From an uncultured Acidobacteriaceae bacterium (lineage in GTDB: Bacteria; Acidobacteriota; Terriglobia; Terriglobales; Acidobacteriaceae): a stretch of 64,000 bases of DNA. The DNA lies in the NCBI GenBank assembly GCA_964252405.1, contig CAXUNH010000001.1, forward strand, positions 566 through 64,565, read 5' to 3'. A program made the translations under genes and the position numbers. Positions 30,604-39,735 of the stretch are shown piece by piece. The stretch's first letter is position 1; every line of letters starts with the position of its first letter. The notes beneath the pieces are model-generated. The model saw only the letters and a list, made by a program, of their open reading frames with translations. It did not search any database and had not been told where the DNA came from.

Positions 30604-31050
30604 CTACTCGCCCTTGCACTCCAACACCGAAATGCCGCCGTTACGTTCCAGGACGGCGTAATCCATTTGGTCTTTACTGCTGATGCCCTTGAGCCTGCCC
30701 GCTGCTTCCAGGTCGGCGGTGCTTAACTGAGCGCGGTTCATCACGTCTTCCAGCATCTTGCCGCGTTTCATGATGACGACCGGCTTGCCGTCGACGACGG
30801 CTGCAAAGCGCGGCCATTTGGTCTTAGCGCCCGACACACTGCGGTGGAGCATGCCGACCGTGATGACCGCACAGGTGCAGTTGGTCAACGAGCGATCACT
30901 GCCCACAGTGGAAAGAATGATGACTCCACCCATAAGGAACACGAGCACGAAGTCACCCATCGTCATCTGGCCGCCCGGGCGGCGCGCCAGAACGCGCACA
31001 ACGATCATCAGAAAGAAGTAGCCGGCGATGGCATGCAGAATGGTGCCCAC
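30604..31050 (-). CDS. DUF421 (YetF-like) membrane protein
   Basis: 3 TM, GQMT..DF, DGKP, AVLERNGGISV. Confidence 0.85.
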   Translation of the reverse strand: MGTILHAIAGYFFLMIVVRVLARRPGGQMTMGDFVLVFLMGGVIILSTVGSDRSLTNCTCAVITVGMLHRSVSGAKTKWPRFAAVVDGKPVVIMKRGKMLEDVMNRAQLSTADLEAAGRLKGISSKDQMDYAVLERNGGISVLECKGE

Positions 31051-31059
31051 GATGTGACC

Positions 31060-31608
31060 TCAGGGGAGAACAAATGTGCTGGCCCCGACGGGCTCTGCGC
31101 CGGGCACACCGACGGTGAAGCGATGCGAGCCCATGAAGGACGGCTTCAGTTCAATCTGGACCAACATCGGTTGTGCGCTGGCAGGAAAGACATAGGTGAT
31201 GCCCCCGGAACCGACGATTGACTGCTCCGGCTGCGGAATTACACGTTGTGCGCCGAGCTTTTGCACGATGCTGTCGCTGACGAACAGTTGCACCTTGCCG
31301 TCGTGCACGGCGGAAGGCCGGGGCAGGATCGTCATGATGGACGAGGTATTGGAACGCTCGACACGCTCGTATTTCACCTCGAGGCTGCCGTCGGGCGCCT
31401 CGCGTCTGGCGTTGGCCAACGGTCCGCGCCCAAGCGCACCGCTCAAATCAGCAATCAGGATCAGGATGAAAACGCCCCAGATGCTGCGTTCAAAGCGCCA
31501 CCAGCGGCTTTGAAACTGCATATCCTCGCCGACAGCGATCTCGTTGTCGACCTTGGGAACATCATCGTCCTGCACGGGTCGGGTATCTATTTCTGCGGGG
31601 GCCGGCAT
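31060..31608 (-). CDS. Hypothetical membrane protein between the two DUF421 genes
   Basis: AAGGAG RBS; one TM followed by GPLA and a beta-rich domain. Confidence 0.75.
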   Translation of the reverse strand: MPAPAEIDTRPVQDDDVPKVDNEIAVGEDMQFQSRWWRFERSIWGVFILILIADLSGALGRGPLANARREAPDGSLEVKYERVERSNTSSIMTILPRPSAVHDGKVQLFVSDSIVQKLGAQRVIPQPEQSIVGSGGITYVFPASAQPMLVQIELKPSFMGSHRFTVGVPGAEPVGASTFVLP

Positions 31609-31685
31609 GCGTTTCCGTCTCCTTCATCTCTGCAGGTAAGCAGCGTGCTTGGAGCCTTCAGTTTCCGAGTCAGGTGCCTTCCGTG

Positions 31686-32147
31686 CTAGGCATCTTCCTT
31701 CGATAAGATGCTGATCTCGCCGTTACGCTCGAGCACGGCTGCTTGTACCTTATCCAGCGTTCGTAGGCCTTGGTCCCGCGCCTTTTCCATAACGTCGTCG
31801 TCTGTGATGCGTTGCAACTGCATGGTGCGGACATACCACTTCCCGTTTTGCATCAGCATCAGGGGTGTGCCGTCCAGGATCTTCGCAACGCGGTCTGAGC
31901 GGCTGCGAAGAGACGAGAGAATATAGTGCGCCAGCGCCACCGCGATGATCTGGCAGAACGCATTGGTCAGCGAGGCTTCATCGGAAACAATCGCGGTCAG
32001 CATCAGGCCGCCTAGAAAGAAGATCAGGATGAACTCAAACGGGGTGAGCTGCTTACCGGGGCGGCGGCCCACGATGCGCACGATGAAGACAAGAAAGAAA
32101 TAGCCGTACAGGGCTCGGAGAACGGATTCGGTGGAGGCAAGGTTCAT
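31686..32147 (-). CDS. DUF421 (YetF-like) membrane protein
   Basis: GGAGG RBS; GRR..KQLTPFEF, DGTP, AVLERNGEISI. Confidence 0.87.
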   Translation of the reverse strand: MNLASTESVLRALYGYFFLVFIVRIVGRRPGKQLTPFEFILIFFLGGLMLTAIVSDEASLTNAFCQIIAVALAHYILSSLRSRSDRVAKILDGTPLMLMQNGKWYVRTMQLQRITDDDVMEKARDQGLRTLDKVQAAVLERNGEISILSKEDA

Positions 32148-32261
32148 AGTCGCGTCCTCCCTATCAGATGCAGAGTCGCGCTGTGTCGGCGAAGTGACAT
32201 AAAGGGGTTGACGGCAGCGCCGCAAAGCCACACCCTTGCTAGGCGAAAGGAACCAGGAAGC

Positions 32262-32456
32262 GTGGCAAAGAAGCGAAGACCCAAAGCGTTCTCAGCAACG
32301 AAGGCCGTGAAGGCAAACGCGCGTGCGCGGCTGGGATCACCGCCACCCGGCGCACCGATCCCGGATCGGCGGAGCAAGCAGGAACACGGGCCAGTGAAGC
32401 ACAAGAAGAAGGTGGAAGAGGTGATCGCCGCAGCGCAGAAAGAGAGTCACGAATGA
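32262..32456 (+). CDS. Small basic hypothetical protein (64 aa)
   Basis: AGGAAG before GTG; stop overlaps the next start (ATGA). Confidence 0.7.
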   Translation: MAKKRRPKAFSATKAVKANARARLGSPPPGAPIPDRRSKQEHGPVKHKKKVEEVIAAAQKESHE

Positions 32457-33202
32457 GCTACCGGTTAGCAGCGGGGTTAGGCATCGCGATGACGTTCGCG
32501 GGTTCCCTCACGGCACAACAAATTCAGATCAGCAAGGAAAACAAGACGATCGCCATCAGCACGAGCGACGAAGCCTCTGCTCTCGCGGATACTGCCGTGG
32601 TGAACATCGGCTTTCAGAGCTTCGGGAGGGATCAGCAGGCGACGTATGCTGATGCGTCGCGAACCTCCAACGCCATCGTCGCGGCCTTGGCTGAGGCAGG
32701 AGTACCGAAGGATGCGGTTGAGAGCACGGGGCAGGGTCTGCATCCGCTTGGGCCGGACAACGACGAGGACAAGGCCCGCTACGCGCAGGGTTTGCGGTTC
32801 GCGTTCTCGCAGGACTGGCGCGTGACGGTGCCGGCAGCGGATGCAGCCAAGGTGCTGCACATTGCGATCGGGGCCGGAGCGAACAACAGTGGCAATGTGG
32901 ACTGGCAACTCAAGCACGAGGATGCCCTGCAAGCCGAAGCGGCGGCAAAGGCCCTGGAACACGCACGGGAGATTGCGAACTCTATGGCAAAAGGTCTCGG
33001 GGTAAAACTGGGCGGGTTGGTGTACGCCAGCAACCAGACACCGCCGCGTGGCATCTTCGCGGCAAACGGGTTTGGCAACGTGGAATTACAGACTCAGGCA
33101 ATGGCTGCCGTGATCGCCCGCCAAAAGGCAGCACCGTTGGCGATACAGCCGGAACGCATCTCCAAGTCGGCGACGGTGTATGCGGTCTTTGCGATTGAGT
33201 AG
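32453..33202 (+). CDS. SIMPL (DUF541) domain periplasmic protein
   Basis: Signal peptide; GAN, A...A...A...LG helix pattern, C-terminal V...F.I. Confidence 0.87.
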   Translation: MSYRLAAGLGIAMTFAGSLTAQQIQISKENKTIAISTSDEASALADTAVVNIGFQSFGRDQQATYADASRTSNAIVAALAEAGVPKDAVESTGQGLHPLGPDNDEDKARYAQGLRFAFSQDWRVTVPAADAAKVLHIAIGAGANNSGNVDWQLKHEDALQAEAAAKALEHAREIANSMAKGLGVKLGGLVYASNQTPPRGIFAANGFGNVELQTQAMAAVIARQKAAPLAIQPERISKSATVYAVFAIE

Positions 33203-33231
33203 AGCGAGCGCCAGTCCGGTAAGCTGAGAGC

Positions 33232-33933
33232 ATGGCGTTGTCCCCGTTGATTGTTGGTGTGGTGGTTTTTGAATTGGTTGTGATGCTGCTGTCGATCTCG
33301 TTGCACGATGCGGGGCAGGCGTGGATGGCGAATCGCCTGGGGGATCCGACCGGGCGCATGGCAGGGCGGGTCTCCATGAATCCGATGCGGCACTTTGATC
33401 TGTTCGGATGCGCGGTCTGGCCGCTCTTGTACATCTTCCGCACCCCCATGGTGCTGGGCTGGGGCAAGCCGGTTCCAATGACCTACCGGAACTTCCGCAA
33501 GGGCAACGGTGAAGTGGTGGCCACAATGGCAGGGCCGGCCGTTCAACTGCTGGCAGCCATTGTGTGTCTGGTGTTGCTCATCGTACTCAAGCACGTGGTG
33601 CCCGGGGCGGCGGCGGCGCTGGGCCTGACAGAGATGCTGGCCATGAGGATCCCTGTGGAGACGGAGGGAACGCCGAGTATCTTTCCCGCGCTCCTGCTGC
33701 TGTATCTGTGCATCCTTGTTAACCTGCTGCTGTTTGTGTTCAACCTGCTGCCCATCCCTTTCCTGGACGGGGGCAAGATCCTGGCGCACTTTCTGCCCTA
33801 CAACGCGGCCAGGGCGTTTGAGCAGTACAGCCTGTGGATCATGATTGCCTTCTTCTTTGTGGGCTTTTACCTCATCGAGATGATCTTTGGGCCGCTCTTT
33901 GCGATCTTCAACGGGCTGCTGAACGCGCTGTAG
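33232..33933 (+). CDS. Site-2 protease (M50) family protein with degenerate zinc motif
   Basis: LGDPT..GR.SMNP..H, GWGKPV, AGP, FNLLPIPFLDG; HExxH replaced by HDAGQ. Confidence 0.88.
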   Translation: MALSPLIVGVVVFELVVMLLSISLHDAGQAWMANRLGDPTGRMAGRVSMNPMRHFDLFGCAVWPLLYIFRTPMVLGWGKPVPMTYRNFRKGNGEVVATMAGPAVQLLAAIVCLVLLIVLKHVVPGAAAALGLTEMLAMRIPVETEGTPSIFPALLLLYLCILVNLLLFVFNLLPIPFLDGGKILAHFLPYNAARAFEQYSLWIMIAFFFVGFYLIEMIFGPLFAIFNGLLNAL

Positions 33934-33978
33934 GGCTAAGCCGGCGCGGCAGGGGATGTATCCTGAAGGCGCACAGAA

Positions 33979-35550
33979 ATGAGCCTCTCGACCTTACGAT
34001 CCACCCCGCGGCCGCGCGTTTTGAGCGGGATGCGGCCTACCGGCCGGCTTCACCTGGGCAACTACATGGGCGCCCTGCACAACTGGGTGAAGCTGCAGAA
34101 CGACTACGATTGCTACTTCTTCATCGCCGATCTGCATGCCCTGACGACGGACTACGCCGACCCAAGTCTCCTGAAGCAGAACATTTTCGATGTTGCGGTC
34201 GACTTCTTTGCGGCAGGACTGAATCCGGGCAAGAGCGCGGTGTTCATTCAGTCGCATGTGCCGCAGCATGCTGAGCTCCATCTGCTGTTCAGCATGTTCA
34301 CGCCGCTGGGCTGGCTGGAGCGGGTGCCGACCTACAAGGACCAGCAGGCGCAACTGACGGAAAAAGAACTGAACACCTACGGATTTCTTGGGTATCCGCT
34401 GCTGCAATCGGCGGATATCCTGCTGTACCGTCCGGAGTTTGTTCCCGTCGGCGCCGACCAGGTTTCGCACGTGGAGCTGACGCGTGAGGTGGCGCGCCGC
34501 TTCAACCAGCTCTATTCGCCCAAGCGGACCACCGTCAGTGAAGCCGGACACGCGGTGACGGAGCCCGACCCTACGCGACTGCTCTTGTCGGAGCCGCAGG
34601 TCCTGCTGACGCCGAGCCCGAAGCTGCCTGGTCTGGATGGACGCAAGATGTCCAAGAGCTATGGCAACGCCATTTACATGACGGATGACCGGCTTACCGT
34701 CTCCACGAAGCTGGAGTCCATGACGAATGGCGGCCAGCGCCCCACGCAAAAGGATCCCGGCGATCCGGAGATCTGCCCCGTGGGCGACCTGCACCGTGTG
34801 TTTTCGCGGCCGGAGATGGACGCTCACATCCGCACAGGCTGCCGCACCGCAGCCATTGGTTGCGTGGACTGCAAGTCCCTGTGCGCGGGATCGATCAACG
34901 ACTTCCTGGGTCCGTTTCGCGAGTCCAGGGCCGATCTTGAGAGCAAGCCGGATGCCGTGTGGGCTGCCCTGGAGGCGGGAACGCGCAAAGCGACCGCAGC
35001 GGCCGAGGTCGTGATGAACGAGGTCCGAAGCGTGATGGGCCTTTCGCGCGATCTGTCGGGTGTACGTCCCGCTCACCGGCCGGAAAAGGTGGGCGCCGAC
35101 AAGCACCTCTTCACCGCCTACAAGGAGTGGTACGGCCTCGAGCCGGCTCTGCTCACGCGTAACCTGAATAAGGCGTGGAGGAGCGAGATCCTGCCCGCAG
35201 AGACGACCTTGAAAGCCGATGGCGAGACAGGCTGGGTGACGCCGAACGGACGCAGGCTGTTGGTCGCCGGGGCTGCGGAGGAGGCTGCCGAACGCGCCTG
35301 GCGGCTGCAAGCCAAGCCGAAGTCGTTCGAGTTTCTGGTTCTGCTTTGCTGGGATCGGCAGCTCCGGCTGCACGACTTCATCATCCCGCAGAAGCTGGTG
35401 ATCGGGCCCTGGGTTACGGCCAAGCGGGCCGCCGGCAAAAGCGACGTCTCCTTCTCCGTCGCCAGCGAGGGGAAGCGGTACTCCCTTCACCTGCCTGATG
35501 CCCCGCCGGTAGACATCACCGAGACTGAGTCCACGTACAAGGAACTGTAG
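33979..35550 (+). CDS. trpS: Tryptophan--tRNA ligase with C-terminal extension
   Basis: SGMRPTG, HLGN, ADLHALT, QS, YPLLQSADIL, VPVGADQ, KMSKS. Confidence 0.96.
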   Translation: MSLSTLRSTPRPRVLSGMRPTGRLHLGNYMGALHNWVKLQNDYDCYFFIADLHALTTDYADPSLLKQNIFDVAVDFFAAGLNPGKSAVFIQSHVPQHAELHLLFSMFTPLGWLERVPTYKDQQAQLTEKELNTYGFLGYPLLQSADILLYRPEFVPVGADQVSHVELTREVARRFNQLYSPKRTTVSEAGHAVTEPDPTRLLLSEPQVLLTPSPKLPGLDGRKMSKSYGNAIYMTDDRLTVSTKLESMTNGGQRPTQKDPGDPEICPVGDLHRVFSRPEMDAHIRTGCRTAAIGCVDCKSLCAGSINDFLGPFRESRADLESKPDAVWAALEAGTRKATAAAEVVMNEVRSVMGLSRDLSGVRPAHRPEKVGADKHLFTAYKEWYGLEPALLTRNLNKAWRSEILPAETTLKADGETGWVTPNGRRLLVAGAAEEAAERAWRLQAKPKSFEFLVLLCWDRQLRLHDFIIPQKLVIGPWVTAKRAAGKSDVSFSVASEGKRYSLHLPDAPPVDITETESTYKEL

Positions 35551-36525
35551 ATGACGGAAAAGGGTCCGGAGCCCGCAGCGCACGAGAAGTCCCCGGGGCC
35601 GGGGACCGGTTCCCCCGGGGGCCTCGCGCCGGGAGCCGTGCCCCCGGAGAGCTTCCAACTCGAGCATCCGCCTGCGCCGCCGGTTCCACCTGAACCAAGG
35701 CGGGCCAGGAAGACGGAGTCGGAGGAAGCCTCGCAGTCACCGTTTTCGGTCGCCATCGGCGAGGTCTATAGCGGGCCGTTCGACCTGCTGCTGGACCTGA
35801 TCCGCAAGCAGAACCTCGACATATACGACATTCCCATGGCGCGCATCACCGCCCAGTTTCTGGAGTACACAAGGCACCTGCAGGCCGTCGACGTCGACAG
35901 CGCGGGAGACTTCGTCTACACCGCTTCGCTGCTGATCCATATTAAGAGCCGCATGCTGCTGCCGCGGGAGCCGACCGAGCCGCAGGGCTCGCTGGAAGTG
36001 GAAGACCCTCGCCGGGAGCTGGTGGAACGGCTGCTGGAGCACGAGCGGTTCAAATCCGCCGCGCAGATGCTGCAGCAAAAGCAGCAGATCGAGGCCGCCA
36101 CCTGGACCAAGCCCGGGATGAAGCGATTTCTAAATGACGAAGGCGAGACAACGGTCGAGGGCGAGCGCGAGATCGCGGCCGACACGACCGACCTGATCCG
36201 TGTCTTCCGCGAGGTGCTGGAGCGTCTGCGCGAGCGCCCGGTTCATCGCATCGACGCGGAGGCCGTTACCGTCGCGCAGATGATCGACTACGTGAAGCGC
36301 CGTCTGCTGCTGGAAGACAAGCCGGTGAGCCTGCGACGGTTGCTCAAAAACACGCGATCCGAGCGCGCGCTCATCTGTACCTTCCTGGCCATGTTGGAGC
36401 TGGTACGGCTCCAGGCCATTCTGCTTCGCCAGCCGGACAGCTTTGGGGATATTCTGCTGAAGAAAACCGAGAAGTTTGACGACGTGCTCACGGACGGCAC
36501 ACAGGTACGGGATGACTGGGTTTAA
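35551..36525 (+). CDS. scpA: Segregation and condensation protein A
   Basis: YSGPFDLLLDLI, DIYDIP, IKSRMLLP, DPRRELVERLLE, FLAMLEL. Confidence 0.94.
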   Translation: MTEKGPEPAAHEKSPGPGTGSPGGLAPGAVPPESFQLEHPPAPPVPPEPRRARKTESEEASQSPFSVAIGEVYSGPFDLLLDLIRKQNLDIYDIPMARITAQFLEYTRHLQAVDVDSAGDFVYTASLLIHIKSRMLLPREPTEPQGSLEVEDPRRELVERLLEHERFKSAAQMLQQKQQIEAATWTKPGMKRFLNDEGETTVEGEREIAADTTDLIRVFREVLERLRERPVHRIDAEAVTVAQMIDYVKRRLLLEDKPVSLRRLLKNTRSERALICTFLAMLELVRLQAILLRQPDSFGDILLKKTEKFDDVLTDGTQVRDDWV

Positions 36526-36676
36526 GGGCTGGAATTGGCGCCTTATCAAGGCAGATTGACGCAACGTTCAACGCAGACCGGAGCGTCCTCTGGTCCGTTC
36601 CGGCTTTCGCTCTTGCTTGCCTCGCGAAAGCGCCCACGTGCGTAAGACATTTCACTCCCAAGCCCAGGAGGTTTGC

Positions 36677-37750
36677 TTGCGCCTGCATTCTCTGTCCCTG
36701 ATTCTCGCCGTGTGCGCGCTGCTCCTGACCGAACCCCTGCCTGCACCCGCACAGGGCCCCCCGGCCGCGCCGCCCGCCTGGCCGATACGGGCAGTAATTG
36801 TAACCACCTTCGAGATCGGGGCAGACACGGGGGATGCCCCGGGCGAACTGCAGCTTTGGGTAGAACGCGAACACCTGGATGAGGTGCTGTCGTTTCCCGG
36901 CGGTGTACATCCCTTACGCACCAATAAGGACCACACCGTGCTGGCCATGCTCAGCGGGACGACACTGGTGAACGCCACGGCGAGCCTGATGGCCCTGGGG
37001 CTGGATCCACGGTTCGATCTGACGCACGCCTACCTTCTGATTAACGGCATTGCCGGCGTCGACCCGGCGGATGCTTCCATCGGATCGGCCGCGTGGGCAC
37101 GGTTTGTGGTGGGCGATGTCGCGCGGTACATCGACCCACATGATGCGCCGGCGGAGTGGCCCTACGGCTTCTTCCCCATAGGCGCGCATGCCCCGGATCC
37201 GGCCGCCGTGCCCCCCAATCCGATTCAGCGGTCCAACCTCTACCCCCTGAACGCCCGCCTGGCGGAATGGGCCTATGCGCAGACGAAAAGTTTGAACCTC
37301 GGCGACGATCCCAAGGTGGCCGCCTACCGCGCCGGGATGACGGGCATGCCCAATGCCCAGCGGCCCCCTTTTGTGCTCCTCGGCGACACCTTCGCCTCCG
37401 ACACCTACTGGCACGGCGCCACGACGACAAAGTGGGCCAACGACTGGGTTCGCCTGTACACGGCGGGTCAGGGCAACTTCGTGATGACCGAGATGGAGGA
37501 TTCCGGATTCATGGAAGCCGTGGCGCGGCTGGGGGCGATGCACCGCGTGGATCCGCAACGCGTGATGGTGTTGCGGGCGGGCAGCAATTACTCGCAGCCG
37601 CGGCCCGGGCATACCGCCGTGGAAAGCGTGACGGCGCCGTACATCGGCACGCGGCTGGCGGTCGAGTCCGCGTGGCTGTGCGGGAGTACCGTGCTGCACT
37701 GGCTGCTGGCGCACTGGAATCTTGCCTACGCGCAATCTCCGGGTGATTGA
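36677..37750 (+). CDS. Purine nucleoside permease (NUP) family protein
   Basis: AGGAGG RBS before TTG; FEIGADTGD.PGE, DPRFDLT, GIAGVDP, YWHG, TEMEDSG, LRAGSNY. Confidence 0.85.
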   Translation: MRLHSLSLILAVCALLLTEPLPAPAQGPPAAPPAWPIRAVIVTTFEIGADTGDAPGELQLWVEREHLDEVLSFPGGVHPLRTNKDHTVLAMLSGTTLVNATASLMALGLDPRFDLTHAYLLINGIAGVDPADASIGSAAWARFVVGDVARYIDPHDAPAEWPYGFFPIGAHAPDPAAVPPNPIQRSNLYPLNARLAEWAYAQTKSLNLGDDPKVAAYRAGMTGMPNAQRPPFVLLGDTFASDTYWHGATTTKWANDWVRLYTAGQGNFVMTEMEDSGFMEAVARLGAMHRVDPQRVMVLRAGSNYSQPRPGHTAVESVTAPYIGTRLAVESAWLCGSTVLHWLLAHWNLAYAQSPGD

Positions 37751-37999
37751 CCCGACCCCATCGCCCCGCTCCGAGCAGCAAGTTCTTGCCAGCCTTCGCG
37801 ATAACGTCGGAATAGGATGAGGGCGTTCTCCGTATTGCGTCTTCAGGGCAGTCATGTTGCTTGCGTACCACGTTGTTGCCCCATGCACGGTGCAAGTTGA
37901 GCCTGCCTCAAAGTGAAGTTCATAGGCCATTCATCGTTTCGCCCGGAAAGACGCCTAGCCTGAAAAAGAGCATTCACACTTCAACACCTGAGCGAACAC

Positions 38000-39631
38000 A
38001 TGGCCTCTCCCGCGACTGACCCCTCGGTACTTGCCGTCTCCGGGCAAGGTTCCATCCTCGATCAAAAGATGTCCGAAAACCCGGCTGGACGCTGGGGAAT
38101 GATTGCTTTCATTGTGCTGCTGATTGGCGGCGTGATCTATATCGCGACTCGGCTGACGAAAGATCTCTCTGTCGTTCATAACGCTACAGTGTTTCCTTAC
38201 ATTCTGCTCGGAACCGCGTTGGTGATTGCGCTTGGCTTTGAGTTCGTGAACGGATTCCACGACACCGCAAATGCGGTGGCGACCGTGATCTATACGCATT
38301 CGCTGGAGCCGCATCTGGCGGTCGCCTGGTCCGGTATCTGGAACTTCATCGGTGTGCTCACCAGTTCGGGCGCGGTCGCCTACTCGATCGTGTCGTTGCT
38401 TCCGGTGGAACTGATTCTGAAGGTGAGCTCGGGATCGGGGTTTTCCATGGTCTTCGCGTTGCTCATTGCGGCGATCATCTGGAATCTCGGCACCTGGTGG
38501 AAGGGGCTGCCCGCCTCCAGCTCGCATACGATGATCGGTTCGGTGATCGGTGTGGGTCTCGCCAATCAGTTCATGCACGCGCATACGGGCACCAGCGGCG
38601 TGGATTGGGAACAGGTCACGAAGGTCTTCAAGGCGCTGATCTTCTCTCCACTGATCGGGTTCGGCGGCGCCATGCTGCTGTTCTTCCTCGCCAAGCGCCT
38701 GCTAAAGGATCCCCGGCTATACAAGGCTCCGGAGGGAACGGAGCCGCCGCCGTTCTACATTCGCGCGCTGCTGGTGCTGACCTGCACAGGGGTGAGCTTT
38801 GCGCACGGCTCCAACGACGGACAGAAAGGCATGGGCTTGATCATGCTGATTCTGGTGGGCACTGTCCCGACCGCGTATGCGCTGAACCACACGGTGGACC
38901 GTGGCTCGGTAACGACCTTCGCGGCTGTCTCGACCCAGGTTGCCGGAAGCTTGCAGAAGTATGAGCAGGGTGCGGCCCCGTTGGGCGATCCAGGGCCGGA
39001 GTTGGAGCGTTTTATCTCCGATCACAAGTACCAGCCCCAAACCACGGTCGCGCTGGAGCAGATGGTGACCGATATTCGCAATGAGGCGACAAGTTACGGC
39101 TCGCTGGGGAGCGTGCCGCCGGAGATGCAGGCGAACGTGCGCAACCAGATGTACCTCGTGAGCGAGACCTTCCGGTTAATTCCAAAGTTCGGACCGAAGA
39201 TCGCGCCTGAGGACACGAAGGTGATTGCCAAATACAAAGGTTTTCTGGACAAATCCACAAAGTACATCCCAAGTTGGGTGAAGGTGGCCGTCGCGCTGGC
39301 ACTTGGGTTGGGAACGATGATCGGCTGGAAGCGGATTGTGGTGACCGTGGGTGAGAAGATCGGCAAATCGCACCTGACCTATGCGCAGGGCGCCTCTGCC
39401 GAGTTGATTGCGATGTGCACAATCTATGGTTTCGACAAGATCGGGCTGCCGGTGAGTACGACGCATGTGCTCAGCTCCGGCGTAGCCGGCACCATGATGG
39501 CGAACGGCAGCGGGCTGCAGATGTCCACCGTTCGGAACATCGCGATGGCGTGGGTCTTCACGCTGCCCGCGGCGGCGCTGCTCTCCGGGTGCCTGTTCTG
39601 GGTATTCAACACGATCGTCGGCGGTCACTGA
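38000..39631 (+). CDS. pitA: Inorganic phosphate transporter (PiT family)
   Basis: FVNGFHDTANA, GLPASSSH, FAHGSNDGQK, LPVSTTH. Confidence 0.93.
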   Translation: MASPATDPSVLAVSGQGSILDQKMSENPAGRWGMIAFIVLLIGGVIYIATRLTKDLSVVHNATVFPYILLGTALVIALGFEFVNGFHDTANAVATVIYTHSLEPHLAVAWSGIWNFIGVLTSSGAVAYSIVSLLPVELILKVSSGSGFSMVFALLIAAIIWNLGTWWKGLPASSSHTMIGSVIGVGLANQFMHAHTGTSGVDWEQVTKVFKALIFSPLIGFGGAMLLFFLAKRLLKDPRLYKAPEGTEPPPFYIRALLVLTCTGVSFAHGSNDGQKGMGLIMLILVGTVPTAYALNHTVDRGSVTTFAAVSTQVAGSLQKYEQGAAPLGDPGPELERFISDHKYQPQTTVALEQMVTDIRNEATSYGSLGSVPPEMQANVRNQMYLVSETFRLIPKFGPKIAPEDTKVIAKYKGFLDKSTKYIPSWVKVAVALALGLGTMIGWKRIVVTVGEKIGKSHLTYAQGASAELIAMCTIYGFDKIGLPVSTTHVLSSGVAGTMMANGSGLQMSTVRNIAMAWVFTLPAAALLSGCLFWVFNTIVGGH

Positions 39632-39653
39632 AGGGCAGATGAGAAGACGGTGC

Positions 39654-39680
39654 GAGCGGGTCCGGTAACGGGCCCGTTTT
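39654..39680 (+). terminator. Intrinsic terminator after pit gene
   Basis: GCGGGTCCG-GTAA-CGGGCCCGT stem followed by a T-run. Confidence 0.7.
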
Positions 39681-39735
39681 GCTGTCGGTGGGTGTTTCGA
39701 GCAGGCCGGTTGGTACACTGTGCCCTGCTGACACG

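Noticed and set aside
20521-32172. GCATC(T/G) motif upstream of several putative stress genes (near 20522, 30476, 32171)
   Set aside because: Too short to distinguish from chance without genome-wide statistics
36542-36620. CTTATCAAG upstream of the nucleoside permease, resembling a SAM-I riboswitch start
   Set aside because: Remaining SAM-I core (kink-turn, GCAAC, GTGC, closing GAT) absent; no purine riboswitch consensus either
37751-37999. 250-bp intergenic region before the pit gene as possible sRNA, Pho box or small ORF
   Set aside because: No convincing structure, 11-bp periodic repeat or coding signal seen by eye
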